Part shown: piece after piece, positions 41,502 through 52,233 of the stretch | How positions within the stretch are numbered: position 1 is the stretch's first letter | Layout of the letters: each line of letters starts with the position of its first letter | Source: Candidatus Moanibacter sp. | GTDB taxonomy: Bacteria; Verrucomicrobiota; Verrucomicrobiia; Opitutales; UBA2987 | Assembly (NCBI GenBank): GCA_965215885.1 | Contig: CBDCEW010000075.1 | Coordinates: 13,582-77,581, forward strand | DNA: 64,000 nucleotides | Reading direction: 5' to 3' | Notes under the pieces: model-generated | Told to the model about the DNA's origin: nothing | The model's input: the letters and a program-made list of their open reading frames with translations, nothing else | The model's database searches: none | Program-made: the position numbers and the translations under genes

Positions 41502-42119
41502 TCACGTCCCATACAGGCGATCTCCAAAATCTCCCAAACCCGGTAGGATGTATTTTTGATCGTTCAGTTCCCGATCGAGCGCCGCCGTGTAGATCTCGAG
41601 ATCAGGAAATTCACTCTGCAGCAACTCAACACCTTCAGGCGCCGCCACAATGTTCAAAAAGCTGACATCGGTCCCCCCTCTGTCGTAGACCATCCGGATT
41701 GACTGCAACGAAGAACCGCCTGTGGCCAACATCGGATCCACTACCAGGATGCGTTTCCCTTCCAGCGGCGGCAGTTTGCAATAGTAACTGTGCGCTTCTG
41801 CTGTCTCTTCGTCACGTTCCATTCCTACAAATCCGACCGATACTCCTGGGATCAGATTGACTATCGTGTCAACCATGCTGATACCCGCTCGAAGTATCGC
41901 AATTGTCACTATCGGGACGGCAATCTGTTTGCCTTGGGTCCGCTCCAGCGGAGTTTCAATATCAACCGTAGCCACGGGAAGGTCTTTAGTTGCCTCTAAA
42001 GCGAGAATGGCGGTTACTTGCTTGCTCAATTCCCGGAAGTCGGACGAAGAAGTGTTCTTATCCCGCAAGAGACTAAGCACGTGATCGCACACCGGATGAC
42101 GGATAATATGTAGCGACAT
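41502..42119 (-). CDS. upp: Uracil phosphoribosyltransferase
   Basis: ILRAG, VDPMLATGGS, YILPGLGDFGDRLYGT. Confidence 0.97.
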   Translation of the reverse strand: MSLHIIRHPVCDHVLSLLRDKNTSSSDFRELSKQVTAILALEATKDLPVATVDIETPLERTQGKQIAVPIVTIAILRAGISMVDTIVNLIPGVSVGFVGMERDEETAEAHSYYCKLPPLEGKRILVVDPMLATGGSSLQSIRMVYDRGGTDVSFLNIVAAPEGVELLQSEFPDLEIYTAALDRELNDQKYILPGLGDFGDRLYGT

Positions 42120-42148
42120 TGACTTTAGCTTCTTAGTCCTTGTCCGAG

Positions 42149-42330
42149 GAATCTGTCGGCCTTAGAGTTCCAAACATCCCCGTGGTGCAGATTTCATAGT
42201 GAAGGATCGAATTCGGATGCAGATGAGTCCGACAGATTACTAGTCCCGGCAAGCCGGGAATAAAGAGAGTTCGAAAAAGTCCGATAGGCTGCTAGCCCGG
42301 ACCTTTTCACAAAACTTCGTAGCCGAAATC
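42149..42330. mobile_element. Stack of CTAG-joined MITE ends
   Basis: Family 2 (42149-42239), CTAG, ...AAAGTCCGATAGGCTG, CTAG, then family-1 left end. Confidence 0.65.
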
Positions 42331-42465
42331 CAAAAGGCGGCGTGACGAAAAACTGCGTGTCAATGCCTTTCCGTAGTACGGCTTGGGCGATCCCGGCGGG
42401 CCTAGGGATTAGGACCCCTAAGAGGTTAAGAAAGGGAAGGCATTGACACGCGGCTTGAGATCCCT

Positions 42466-42838
42466 CATGTGCGACAGAGGAGAACAAAAGCGATAAGACG
42501 CCGACTTAGCAACCTCATTCTGCCGGTTCCAGACACGGATTTCCGTGATTTTCTGGATGAAGTTGAAGAATTGGCCGGGTTCGCGGCGCAAATCATCGAG
42601 GCGATCGAGAAGGATCTGGACGCCCATGCTTTCGCGTGAGAAGAAGAAACTTCGATTGGAAGATCGCAGGTTCTTTGAAGGGCGCACACTTACCTCGGAG
42701 CTGCCGGAGCTGGACATCGAGGAGGAGAATATTCTGGCTGCTGAATTGAATCTTGGGGCAGGCCGGCATCGCGGATGCCGGCTTATGCGGTATACGTGTT
42801 CGTGATGATTCGAGGGTTTCTGGGTTCGTTGACCACGA
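42466..42838 (+). pseudogene. Fragment of the 29979-31529 transposase
   Basis: Near-identical to about 29986-30345 apart from short insertions; no TIRs. Confidence 0.9.
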
Positions 42839-42889
42839 ATACCTAGGGCATTGCTTCGGGTTTAATTCCCCGGCTTCGGTCTAATATCA

Positions 42890-43837
42890 AATGCCTCGGG
42901 GCTTTGTGCGCGACCTTACCTGGTACTGCGGGGATTTCCCGGGGAAACTTCAGTCGGCACGTTCGCAACCGGTCCCGGAGGAAAGGGTTCCAATCAGGCC
43001 GTAGCGTCGGCCCGTACCGGAATATCGACCACATTCGTAGGAGCGATTGGCAGTGACGTATTCGGAGATGCCGTAAAAAAATTCTATGATGCCGAAGGTA
43101 TCAAACACCAGCTTGTTGTATATCCCGACACCCCAACCGGTAACGCGGGGATTTTTGTCTCTGAGAGTGGTGAAAATGAAATCATTGTCGCCCTCGGCGC
43201 CAATCTCCGCCTGGCCTCCGAAGATATCGAAGAGTCCATCCTCGAGAATGCGGAGATTGTAGTCTGCCAGAATGAAATTCGGTTGGAAGCAACCTCTAAG
43301 GTCCTCCAAAGAGCGTCCCGGAATGGCAGAACAACCGTTCTGAATCCTGCTCCACTGACTCCGGAATTCAGTCCCGAATATCTCGACCACGTTGACATTC
43401 TCATACCAAACGAGACCGAGTTTCTGCAATTATCTGGACAAATTGAAAACGATTCTACAACCCCGGTATCAGAGAACGATCTTCGCGAGCTATCGGGAGA
43501 TGCCTTACACAAACTGTGCCGTCGAATCGGAGTCGACGGCGTCATCGTCACTCTTGGAGGAACGGGTTGTTTCGTATCTACCACGGACTCGCACCAATTG
43601 ATTCCCGCCTATCACGATATCGAGGTCGTCGATACAACCGGAGCGGGCGATGCCTTTGTCGGAGGCTTTTCCTCCGGCATGGTCCAGTTTGACAAAGACA
43701 TCCTGAAAGCGGCAGCCTACGGAAACGCCGTCGCAGCGCTCTCCGTTACAAAACACGGTACCGCCCGCGCCATGCCCTCAAAACAGGAGATCGATGCCTT
43801 TCTGGCCAAGCGCCAAGATAACGACAGTGAAGGGTAA
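42890..43837 (+). CDS. rbsK: Ribokinase with 5' frameshift
   Basis: Open frame from PGETSVGTF through GGKGSNQA, LNPAP, PNETE, DTTGAGDAF; FVRDLTWYC lies in another frame; no in-frame start. Confidence 0.85.
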   Translation, partial: NASGLCARPYLVLRGFPGETSVGTFATGPGGKGSNQAVASARTGISTTFVGAIGSDVFGDAVKKFYDAEGIKHQLVVYPDTPTGNAGIFVSESGENEIIVALGANLRLASEDIEESILENAEIVVCQNEIRLEATSKVLQRASRNGRTTVLNPAPLTPEFSPEYLDHVDILIPNETEFLQLSGQIENDSTTPVSENDLRELSGDALHKLCRRIGVDGVIVTLGGTGCFVSTTDSHQLIPAYHDIEVVDTTGAGDAFVGGFSSGMVQFDKDILKAAAYGNAVAALSVTKHGTARAMPSKQEIDAFLAKRQDNDSEG

Positions 43838-44344
43838 ATTCCACGTTTGTTAGTTTCGGCCGCAAACGGCCTTCCTACACCTGACTGTCTTCGATCATCC
43901 ATTCCGCCACATTTCACCGCGAGGGTAGGAAGCTCGCTTGCGAGCAATGAACCCGTTATCTTAGCGCCATTCCAGTTACAGGATGAAAAGCATCTCCCGG
44001 CGCACCGGGACTACAGCCTGCGGTCCAAGCCGTAGCGGAAAGCGGAAGCTTTTCGATCATGTTGGCACCAAATCGGACTACTTTGACCCGCCCGGCAACC
44101 CACTCCGCCGCCCGGCCACTCTTCCTCTCTCTTTCCTCTTCGTTTCTCTTCCCTGCCCTGAGCCCTGCGGAAGGAGTTTTCTTCTGTTCATATCTCACCG
44201 CTGCTTCTCTTCCTCAACATCCCAGGCGCCCCACCATTCCAACATTCCAATCTTTATTCTGTTGCCCTTCATTCATTCGTTGCCAACCTTTCTCTATCCG
44301 CGATCAGCCGTAAACCTCCGTATCAATAAATAACTAGAGCAAAC

Positions 44345-45751
44345 ATGAATACTATCAGCCGTCGAATTTTCCTCAAGAACACTGCTTGTGTCACCGCGGG
44401 ATTTTTCGGTCTTCGGGAGTTTACGCTATCAACGCTCTCCGTGCAACAGTACGCCAATCAGGCCGACATCTACGGTCCCCTCATTCCCGATCCCAAGCAG
44501 ATTTTAGACCTTCCCAGAGGATTTTCCTATACTGTGCTCTCCCGCACCGGGGACTTCATGAGCGACGGCCTTCGCACCCCCGGACGTCCCGATGGCATGG
44601 CGGCTTTTCCTCTCACCAGGAGAAAGACGATCCTGATTCGCAACCATGAAAATTCCCCCGGTCAGACTTTCGAAGGTCCTTTCGGACTCGAAAATGAGCT
44701 CCTTCCCACGATCAATCGGAAAAGCCTCTATGATCCTGGACGAGGCATCCAACCACACCTCGGCGGTACCACCACACTCGTTTACGATTCTAAAAGCCGC
44801 CGGCTGACCAAACAGTTCCTAAGCCTGGCCGGAACTGTTAGAAATTGTGCCGGCGGTCCCACCCCTTGGAATTCCTGGATTTCCTGCGAAGAGAGTGTCG
44901 AGCGAGCCGGCGAGCACAGCGAAAAGGACCACGGTTACAATTTCGAAGTGCCTGCTACTACTGCCATGCGACTGGCGGACCCGGAACCGCTCATGGCAAT
45001 GGGGCGCTTTAACCATGAGGCTGTTGCCGTCAACCCGAAGACAGGAGTCGTCTACCAGACGGAAGACCGGGAGGACGGACTCATATTCCGTCTCTTGCCC
45101 AGGGAATATGGCAATCTGAAAGCCGGAGGAGTGCTTCAGGCCCTCGCCGTAAAGGATCAGAAATCCCATGATACTCGCAATTGGCCAGAAATCGAGGGTT
45201 CACATTTTCCCATAAACCAACCCCTCGATGTCGAATGGCTCGACATGACTGATACCGATTCACCGGACGATGACCTTCGCTACCGAGGTTTTGAGGCCGG
45301 GGCCGCGCGTTTCGCTCGCGGTGAAGGGATGTGGTTCGGGAAGAATGAAGTATTCTTTGCCTGTACTAACGGAGGCGCCAACAAGTCCGGCCAGATTTTC
45401 CGCTATATACCGAGTCAGCATGAAGGGACCGATCGTGAGCCTGATCATCCCGGTAAACTCGAGCTTTACATAGAACCTAACGATACTTCGCTTCTCGAGT
45501 ATTGCGACAATCTCACGGTTGCGCCATGGGGAGATCTCATAATCTGCGAAGATGGTCGCGACGATCAATACGTAAGAGGGTATACTCCTGAAGGTGGGTT
45601 ATACACCCTCGCCCACAATAGTCATTCCAACTCGGAATTCTGCGGCGCCTGTTTCGCTCCCGATCACCCCACTCTATTTCTGAACATTCAGTTCCCCGGT
45701 ATTACCCTGGCTATCGATGGACCCTGGCAGCAATCAGCAGAGGTCGTGTAA
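44345..45751 (+). CDS. PhoX-family (DUF839) phosphatase, Tat-exported
   Basis: SRRIFLK, RNCAGGPTPW, CEE, GRFNHEA, RGEG, DNL, SEFCG, NIQFPG. Confidence 0.9.
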   Translation: MNTISRRIFLKNTACVTAGFFGLREFTLSTLSVQQYANQADIYGPLIPDPKQILDLPRGFSYTVLSRTGDFMSDGLRTPGRPDGMAAFPLTRRKTILIRNHENSPGQTFEGPFGLENELLPTINRKSLYDPGRGIQPHLGGTTTLVYDSKSRRLTKQFLSLAGTVRNCAGGPTPWNSWISCEESVERAGEHSEKDHGYNFEVPATTAMRLADPEPLMAMGRFNHEAVAVNPKTGVVYQTEDREDGLIFRLLPREYGNLKAGGVLQALAVKDQKSHDTRNWPEIEGSHFPINQPLDVEWLDMTDTDSPDDDLRYRGFEAGAARFARGEGMWFGKNEVFFACTNGGANKSGQIFRYIPSQHEGTDREPDHPGKLELYIEPNDTSLLEYCDNLTVAPWGDLIICEDGRDDQYVRGYTPEGGLYTLAHNSHSNSEFCGACFAPDHPTLFLNIQFPGITLAIDGPWQQSAEVV

Positions 45752-45858
45752 TTGCATCCGCATTCGCAACCTCACCCGACCTACTCCCGATCTGTCCAAC
45801 CCCCGTGAACGACGGGCCAAGGCTAACGTTTACATTGAGAAATGATACGGGAGTGACC

Positions 45859-46080
45859 CTAACTCTCCTCCCGCAAAAACTCCAGGGCCTTCTGATAACT
45901 CCGACGTTCCAGAAAGTGTGCCAGCTGGGGCTCCAACTCATCACCTCTTTCCCTTGCCACCGTATCGAGTTCCTTTGCCGCAAAGATAATTCTCGCGCTG
46001 TCGCCACTGCCTGTCTCTTCTACGATCGTGATCAAATTTTCTCGTATTTGATTGGCTATGTGATCAGCGTGATTGCTCAT
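45859..46080 (-). CDS. Small hypothetical protein
   Basis: 73-aa helical ORF ending LAHFLERRSYQKALEFL. Confidence 0.65.
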   Translation of the reverse strand: MSNHADHIANQIRENLITIVEETGSGDSARIIFAAKELDTVARERGDELEPQLAHFLERRSYQKALEFLREES

Positions 46081-46493
46081 AGTCTTAAAGTTCTTGCAAG
46101 TTTATTCACTATTCGGGGGACCCCTTTCCGCATGGATCGAAATACGGCATTTACAATCAAGCTAAGCACGTATCTGACAGGTGTCGATCTTTCTCGCGAA
46201 AGGTATGTGTCTACGGTGCCTTTATTTACTGGCTGCCCCGGTCTTGCTCGCCACGGCGAAGCCTCGCGCGAAGACGGGTGCCGGGGAAGCCTCAGAAACG
46301 CTAAGAAGATACCGCGAAAGATGCGGGCTAATGCCTCCCGTCGCAACCGTCTTAGGCTTTATCCCATTGTTTCAAAAATTCGAGAAGTGATGAAGAGCAA
46401 GGCGCAGACCGGAGAACGCCTTGGGCGCGTATTCCTTTACGTAACCAAGCGGTCTCCGGTCTGGAACGCAGCTCTTCGCGCTTGTCGGATTCA

Positions 46494-46604
46494 GGCTTCT
46501 TAAGGGCATTTTCTTATATTCACATTTAGTGGCGATTGAGAATCACGAGATCTGCATCATAACCCTCTTATTACAAATCATTTATCACCTGCCCTTAAGA
46601 AGCC
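46494..46604. repeat. 111-bp element with perfect 15-bp terminal inverted repeat
   Basis: GGCTTCTTAAGGGCA / TGCCCTTAAGAAGCC around an AT-rich core. Confidence 0.7.
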
Positions 46605-46668
46605 GTTTGAAATTATGGGCTTTATCGACCGATGACTTTACTATTGTAGGTACGAGGCGGTCTAATAT

Positions 46669-47987
46669 CACTACTGTCCGGTTGTTTTTCTAGGAACGCA
46701 GGTTAATCGATTGATAACCAACATTTTACATATGATTTCTGCTGTTTTCGACTTGAAATTGCAAAAAGCCTTGTGGACTCTCAAAAATTTCGAGGGTCCA
46801 AATCATGTATACAGGTCGATTCGTTTTTTCTCAAATCATAGATTATCTTCCGCGCCATCAGTTCCATCGTTGCGTCCAACGCTACGGAGGCGACTACAAA
46901 GTTCAAAAGTTCAGTTGCTTCGAACAATTTCTCTGCATGGGTTTTGCCGAGTTGACCTACCGGGAGAGTCTGCGCGACATCGAAACCTGCCTGCGGGCAG
47001 TACAACCAAAACTATACCACGCAGGGATTCGAAGCGGAGTATCCAAAAGCACGCTCGCCGATGCCAACGAGAAACGAGACTGGCGCATCTACGCCGACTT
47101 TGCACAGGTCCTCATCGCAATGGCTCGTCCTTTGTATTCAAACGAGGATCTGGGCATCGACCTGGACAATACGCTCTACGCTCTGGACTCCACCACGATC
47201 GATCTATGTCTATCACTCTTCCCGTGGGCACGTTTCCGCAAGCACAAGGGGGCGGTGAAGGTCCATACGCTTCTCGATCTCAGAGGCTCTATCCCTTATT
47301 TTATCGAGATTACCGATGGAAAAGTTCACGACGTAAACATTCTGGATCTCATCATCCCCGAGGCCGGTGCTTACTATGTAATGGACCGAGCCTATCTGCA
47401 TTACGAGCGCCTCTATCGGATCGCACAATGCGGTTCTTTCTTCGTCACACGCGCCCGCCGCGGCTTTCAGTTTCGCCGCCTCTACTCTCAAAAGGTCGAC
47501 AAATCAACCGGTCTGCGTTCGGACCAGACCGTTGCCCTGGTCAGCTTCTATCCTGCCAAGGCCTACCCCGAAAGACTCCGGCGTATCACTTACCTCGACC
47601 CCGACAGTTCCGAGCGCTTCGTGTTTCTCACCAACCAGTTTGCCCTCCCAGCCATAATCATCACCCAGATTTACCGTTTACGCTGGCAGATCGAATTGTT
47701 CTTCAAATGGATCAAACAGCACTTGCGCATCAAGAGCTTTTTCGGCACCTCCGAGAATGCTGTGAAGACTCAAATCTGGATTGCCGTCAGCGTCTATGTG
47801 CTCATCGCCATCATCCGCAAACGCCTTCGCCTGGAGATCAGTTTGCACAAAATCCTACAGATTCTCAGCTTCACCCTATTTGAGAAAACTCCTATGACTG
47901 AACTACTTACAGAAACCGATTACACTTTCAATGAACACCGCATTCCTAAACAGTTGGAGTTGTTTGACTTATAACCGGACAGTACTG
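46669..47987 (+). mobile_element. IS4-family insertion sequence
   Basis: TIRs CACTACTGTCCGGTT / AACCGGACAGTACTG; 9-bp direct repeat GTCTAATAT. Confidence 0.95.
46805..47974 (+). CDS. IS4-family transposase (DUF4372 + DDE)
   Basis: RESLRDI, ALDSTTI, MDRAY, YRLRWQIELFFKWIKQ. Confidence 0.96.
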   Translation: MYTGRFVFSQIIDYLPRHQFHRCVQRYGGDYKVQKFSCFEQFLCMGFAELTYRESLRDIETCLRAVQPKLYHAGIRSGVSKSTLADANEKRDWRIYADFAQVLIAMARPLYSNEDLGIDLDNTLYALDSTTIDLCLSLFPWARFRKHKGAVKVHTLLDLRGSIPYFIEITDGKVHDVNILDLIIPEAGAYYVMDRAYLHYERLYRIAQCGSFFVTRARRGFQFRRLYSQKVDKSTGLRSDQTVALVSFYPAKAYPERLRRITYLDPDSSERFVFLTNQFALPAIIITQIYRLRWQIELFFKWIKQHLRIKSFFGTSENAVKTQIWIAVSVYVLIAIIRKRLRLEISLHKILQILSFTLFEKTPMTELLTETDYTFNEHRIPKQLELFDL

Positions 47988-48084
47988 GTCTAATATCTTT
48001 AATGAAAACTCCCAGTCCCTGCGAGCCTGGACGGGAAATTACCAAGTTAGATCTCCTTCAACGGGATAAGAGAAGTCCATAACG

Positions 48085-50865
48085 ATGAAAAATCCTAGCT
48101 TTGCTACGCGTTGGAACGCCGATCTTATCGACGAGAACTATAACCGGTGGTTAAAAGAACCGGATGCGCTCGACAGTAACTGGCGTGCCTTTTTCGAAGG
48201 CTTTGAACTTGCTCGAGACGGACACGGAATTCCGAAAGTGTCTTTAACGGAGACGGCGAATGGCCGAGAACTGGCGACGGGAGTGCAAACCCTCACGCCC
48301 CAAGCGGGCACCGACCCGAAAAAGCAAGCGCGCTTTACAGGTGCTATCTACGCTTTTCGATCCATCGGCCATACTCAGGGGCGCTTCAACCCGATCAAGA
48401 ATATTGAGCCGAATGTTCGGCTTTCCTTGGAGAGGTTGGGTTTTTCGCCGGAAGACCTCGATAGTGTCTTCGACACGGGCAACTATCTCGGTGGAGTCTC
48501 GATGCCGTTGCGTCAACTGCTGGAAAATCTGGAGGCGACCTATTGTCATCATATCGCTGTGGAATATCTCCATATCCAGGAAACGCACAAACGGCGTTGG
48601 CTACAATCCAGAATAGAACCGACTCTCAATAAACCTCGATTCAGCCCGGAAAAAAAACTGCGCATTCTCGAGAAACTCCTCTACGGAGAGATTTTCGAGC
48701 AATACCTCCACACTCGTTATGTAGGCCAGAAGCGTTTCGGACTGGAGGGAGGCGAGACCCTCATTCCAAGCCTCGACGCGCTTCTTGAATACGCACCCGA
48801 GCTCGGAATTGACGAAATCGTCATGGGCATGGCCCATCGCGGGCGTCTCAACGTTCTGGCCAATATCTTTGGAAAATCCTACGAATTTCTCTTTAACGAA
48901 TTCTCCGCAAACTATGTTCCGGACACTATTCACGGTGACGGAGACGTAAAATATCATCTCGGTTACACAGCCGAGATTACTACTTCGAGCGGAAAGCAGA
49001 TAACCATGTACCTCGCCGCTAACCCAAGCCATTTGGAAGCGGTCAATCCCGTTGTGGAGGGTCGTGCCCGTGCCCGCCAACGAATTCTGGGAGATGTTGA
49101 GCGCAAGAAAATCCTTCCCGTTCTCATCCATGGGGACGCCGCCTTTGCCGGACAAGGGCTTGTCTGTGAAGTATTGAACCTATCGAAACTCAAGGGTTAC
49201 ACCACCGGTGGAACGATACATTTCATTATAAATAATCAGATCGGGTTTACTACCGATCCCACGGAAGCGCGTTCCAGCCGATACTGCACCGATGTCGCCA
49301 AGATGATTGAAGCGCCCATTTTTCATGTAAACGGGGATGATCCACAGGCCATGGTCATGATAACCGAACTGGCGCTCTCCTACCGCCAGGAATTTGGCGA
49401 CGACGTGGTCATTGATATGTACTGTTACCGGCGTCATGGACACAATGAGGCTGACGAACCCGCCTTTACCCAACCCAAACTCTACAAACAGATTTCTGAA
49501 CATCCCCTCACCAGCGAAACTTACATGAAGCAGTTGAGAGAGGAGGGCGACCTCACGGAAGAGGAGGTTGAGAGTGTGAGGGTGCGTTTTCAGAAGACTT
49601 TGGACAGCGCCTTCCATCGCCACAAAGTTAAATATGACGAACGGCAAAAGGAGAGCGATTTATTCTCCGGGGCGGATACCGTCTATCAGCCACCCTATTC
49701 CTTTCGTCCCGTCAAAACAAGCGTGAAGCCGAAAGTATTGGAACACGTGGCAAAAACCCTCACGCAGCTTCCCGCCGACGTTAAAGCCAACCCGAAGATT
49801 AAGCGCCAACTGGACAACAAATGGAAAGCCTTCACTGACGATACAGGTATTGATTGGGCCTTCGCTGAATCACTCGCCTGGGGTACCCTCATGCTGGACG
49901 GTACTCCCGTGCGGCTTTCCGGCCAGGATTGCGCACGAGGCACGTTCAGCCAAAGGCACGCCGTCATCTACGATACTGATACGCGTGAACCCTACATTCC
50001 ATTGATGAATATGGACGGGCGCCGAGCCATCCTCTGTGTTCACAATTCGCTATTGTCGGAAGCCGCCGTTTTGGGTTTTGACTACGGTTACTCGCTGGAC
50101 TATCCGCAGATGCTTTGCATGTGGGAGGCCCAATTCGGAGATTTTGCAAACGGCGCCCAAGTCATTATTGACCAGTTTCTGAGCAGCAGCGAATCAAAAT
50201 GGATGCATGTGAGCAGCCTCGTCCTCCTCTTACCCCATGGATACGAAGGTCAGGGTCCTGAACACTCTTCGGCCCGACCGGGTAGATTTCTTCAGGCTTG
50301 CGCCGAAGATAATATGCAGGTCTGCAACATGACTACGCCAGTGCAGCTCTTTCACGTTCTGCGCCGGCAGACGAAACGCGATTTCAAGAAACCACTTATC
50401 GTTATGGCGCCGAAAAGCCTACTCCGCCATAAGCAGGCCGTATCCCGTCGAGAGGAATTTACTTCCGGATCCTTTCAAGAGATCATCGATGATGGAGATG
50501 CGGTCGAGAAAGCTAAGCGAGTGATTTTATGCAGTGGAAAGATCTACTACGAACTCAACGATTATAAAATCGATAAAAAGATCAAGGATTCAGCCATCCT
50601 GAGGGTCGAGCAGCTATATCCTTTAAATACAAAACGTCTGGAGGAGCTTTTTGAAAAATATCAAAGTTACGAAAAACTCGTGTGGTGCCAGGAAGAATCC
50701 CAGAACATGGGGGCATGGCCTTACATCGCACCTCTCCTCGAGGAGATAGCCGGGCGCAAGCCGCTCTATGCCGGCCGCGATTCAAGCGCCTCTCCCGCCG
50801 TCGGATCCCTCGTTCTACACAAGGCGGAGCAATCAGCCCTGGTGGAAGCCGCATTTACCCTCTAG
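48085..50865 (+). CDS. sucA: 2-oxoglutarate dehydrogenase E1
   Basis: [47 protein letters not shown]. Confidence 0.97.
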   Translation: MKNPSFATRWNADLIDENYNRWLKEPDALDSNWRAFFEGFELARDGHGIPKVSLTETANGRELATGVQTLTPQAGTDPKKQARFTGAIYAFRSIGHTQGRFNPIKNIEPNVRLSLERLGFSPEDLDSVFDTGNYLGGVSMPLRQLLENLEATYCHHIAVEYLHIQETHKRRWLQSRIEPTLNKPRFSPEKKLRILEKLLYGEIFEQYLHTRYVGQKRFGLEGGETLIPSLDALLEYAPELGIDEIVMGMAHRGRLNVLANIFGKSYEFLFNEFSANYVPDTIHGDGDVKYHLGYTAEITTSSGKQITMYLAANPSHLEAVNPVVEGRARARQRILGDVERKKILPVLIHGDAAFAGQGLVCEVLNLSKLKGYTTGGTIHFIINNQIGFTTDPTEARSSRYCTDVAKMIEAPIFHVNGDDPQAMVMITELALSYRQEFGDDVVIDMYCYRRHGHNEADEPAFTQPKLYKQISEHPLTSETYMKQLREEGDLTEEEVESVRVRFQKTLDSAFHRHKVKYDERQKESDLFSGADTVYQPPYSFRPVKTSVKPKVLEHVAKTLTQLPADVKANPKIKRQLDNKWKAFTDDTGIDWAFAESLAWGTLMLDGTPVRLSGQDCARGTFSQRHAVIYDTDTREPYIPLMNMDGRRAILCVHNSLLSEAAVLGFDYGYSLDYPQMLCMWEAQFGDFANGAQVIIDQFLSSSESKWMHVSSLVLLLPHGYEGQGPEHSSARPGRFLQACAEDNMQVCNMTTPVQLFHVLRRQTKRDFKKPLIVMAPKSLLRHKQAVSRREEFTSGSFQEIIDDGDAVEKAKRVILCSGKIYYELNDYKIDKKIKDSAILRVEQLYPLNTKRLEELFEKYQSYEKLVWCQEESQNMGAWPYIAPLLEEIAGRKPLYAGRDSSASPAVGSLVLHKAEQSALVEAAFTL

Positions 50866-50867
50866 TA

Positions 50868-52166
50868 ATGCCTACGGAAGTCAAAGTACCCTCGCTTGGT
50901 GAGTCGATCAACACCGGTATCATTGCCGGTTGGCATGTAACCGATGGTGACTACGTCACGGCCGGACAGGCCCTCTACGATCTCGAGACTGACAAGATTA
51001 CGTCGGAGGGAACTGCGGAAGTAAGCGGTCAAATAGCGCTCAAATCGAATGAGGGCGACGAGGTTGAAATCGGCCAGGTAATCGCGATTATCGATGAGAG
51101 CGCGGCGCCGCCGGAAGAGGATACCCAAGCTGCCCCGGAAGTCGAAGCGGCGCCGCAACCGGAGGAACCGGCTGCTCCTGTGGAAAAAGCGGTTACGCCC
51201 TTCCTCGCGAAGGAGTCCACGGAAAAGAAGGCCGAGCCGGCGGCGGCGGAAGGTGAGAAAGAACTCCCTCTATCTCCTGCTGTTCGCCATCTCGTCGCGG
51301 AAACAGGTATGGATCCATCCACTGTTACCGGCACCGGTAAAGGTGGACGCATTACCAAGGGAGATCTTCTGGAGGCTCGGGAAACGCAAGCGGCGGAAAC
51401 GGTTGCGGCCACCGCTCGTGAGACTGCCTCACCTGCGGCGCCTCCTGATTCGCGCCCCACTCCCGCCAACCGCACCTCACGTAAGAAGATGACACCGCTT
51501 CGCAGGCGAATTGCAGAGCGTTTGGTGGCCGCTCAGCAGACAGCTGCTATCCTCACCACTTTTAACGAAGCCGACATGAGTCATGTTATGGCGCTAAGGA
51601 AAAAACACCAGGACGCCTTTGTTGCCAGGCACGGTTTCAAGCTCGGTTTTATGTCATTTTTTGTCAAAGCGGTAGTGCACGCTTTGAAAAAAGTGCCCGC
51701 CATAAATGCTCAGATCGAAGGGGACGAGATAATTCAGAACCACTACTACGACATTGGAGTCGCTGTTGGTACCAAGAAGGGACTTCTGGTGCCGGTAGTT
51801 CGCGAATGTGACCGTCTCACTTTCGCCGAAATTGAAGATGCGATTATTCAATACGCGAAAAAAGCCCGGGAGGGAAAAATAACCGTGGAAGACCTGCAGG
51901 GGGGAGTGTTTACCATTTCCAACGGCGGTATTTTCGGTTCCATGCTCTCTACACCCATTTTGAACCAGCCTCAGAGTGGAATCCTGGGAATGCACACCAT
52001 TAAACAACGGCCAGTCGTCGCAGACGGAGAAATTGTCATTCGGCCGATGATGTATCTTGCGCTCAGTTACGATCACAGACTCGTCGATGGGAGCGAAGCG
52101 GTCACCTGCCTGGTTAAGATAAAAGATGCCATCGAGGATCCTTCCCGCCTCCTACTGGAAATATGA
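50868..52166 (+). CDS. sucB: Dihydrolipoamide succinyltransferase E2
   Basis: Lipoyl [29 protein letters not shown]. Confidence 0.97.
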   Translation: MPTEVKVPSLGESINTGIIAGWHVTDGDYVTAGQALYDLETDKITSEGTAEVSGQIALKSNEGDEVEIGQVIAIIDESAAPPEEDTQAAPEVEAAPQPEEPAAPVEKAVTPFLAKESTEKKAEPAAAEGEKELPLSPAVRHLVAETGMDPSTVTGTGKGGRITKGDLLEARETQAAETVAATARETASPAAPPDSRPTPANRTSRKKMTPLRRRIAERLVAAQQTAAILTTFNEADMSHVMALRKKHQDAFVARHGFKLGFMSFFVKAVVHALKKVPAINAQIEGDEIIQNHYYDIGVAVGTKKGLLVPVVRECDRLTFAEIEDAIIQYAKKAREGKITVEDLQGGVFTISNGGIFGSMLSTPILNQPQSGILGMHTIKQRPVVADGEIVIRPMMYLALSYDHRLVDGSEAVTCLVKIKDAIEDPSRLLLEI

Positions 52167-52233
52167 CGCCAACCGTAGGTTTCTGCCGTACCGCGGAACG
52201 CGGGATTTTCGAAGCTTTTCATCTTCACCTATT

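Noticed and set aside
42878..42888. Third GGTCTAATATC matching the IS4 target
   Set aside because: No IS4 end adjacent; probably chance
45805..46503. 232-aa ORF
   Set aside because: Runs across palindromic repeats and antisense to a more plausible 73-aa gene; no motifs
46711..47883. 390-aa alternative-frame ORF over the IS4 transposase
   Set aside because: Arg/Ser/Pro-rich shadow frame with no recognisable motifs
50682..52233. Long N-terminal extensions of sucB and lpdA (also thiH, nucleoside hydrolase, acpP)
   Set aside because: They overlap upstream genes; downstream ATGs match the family N-termini
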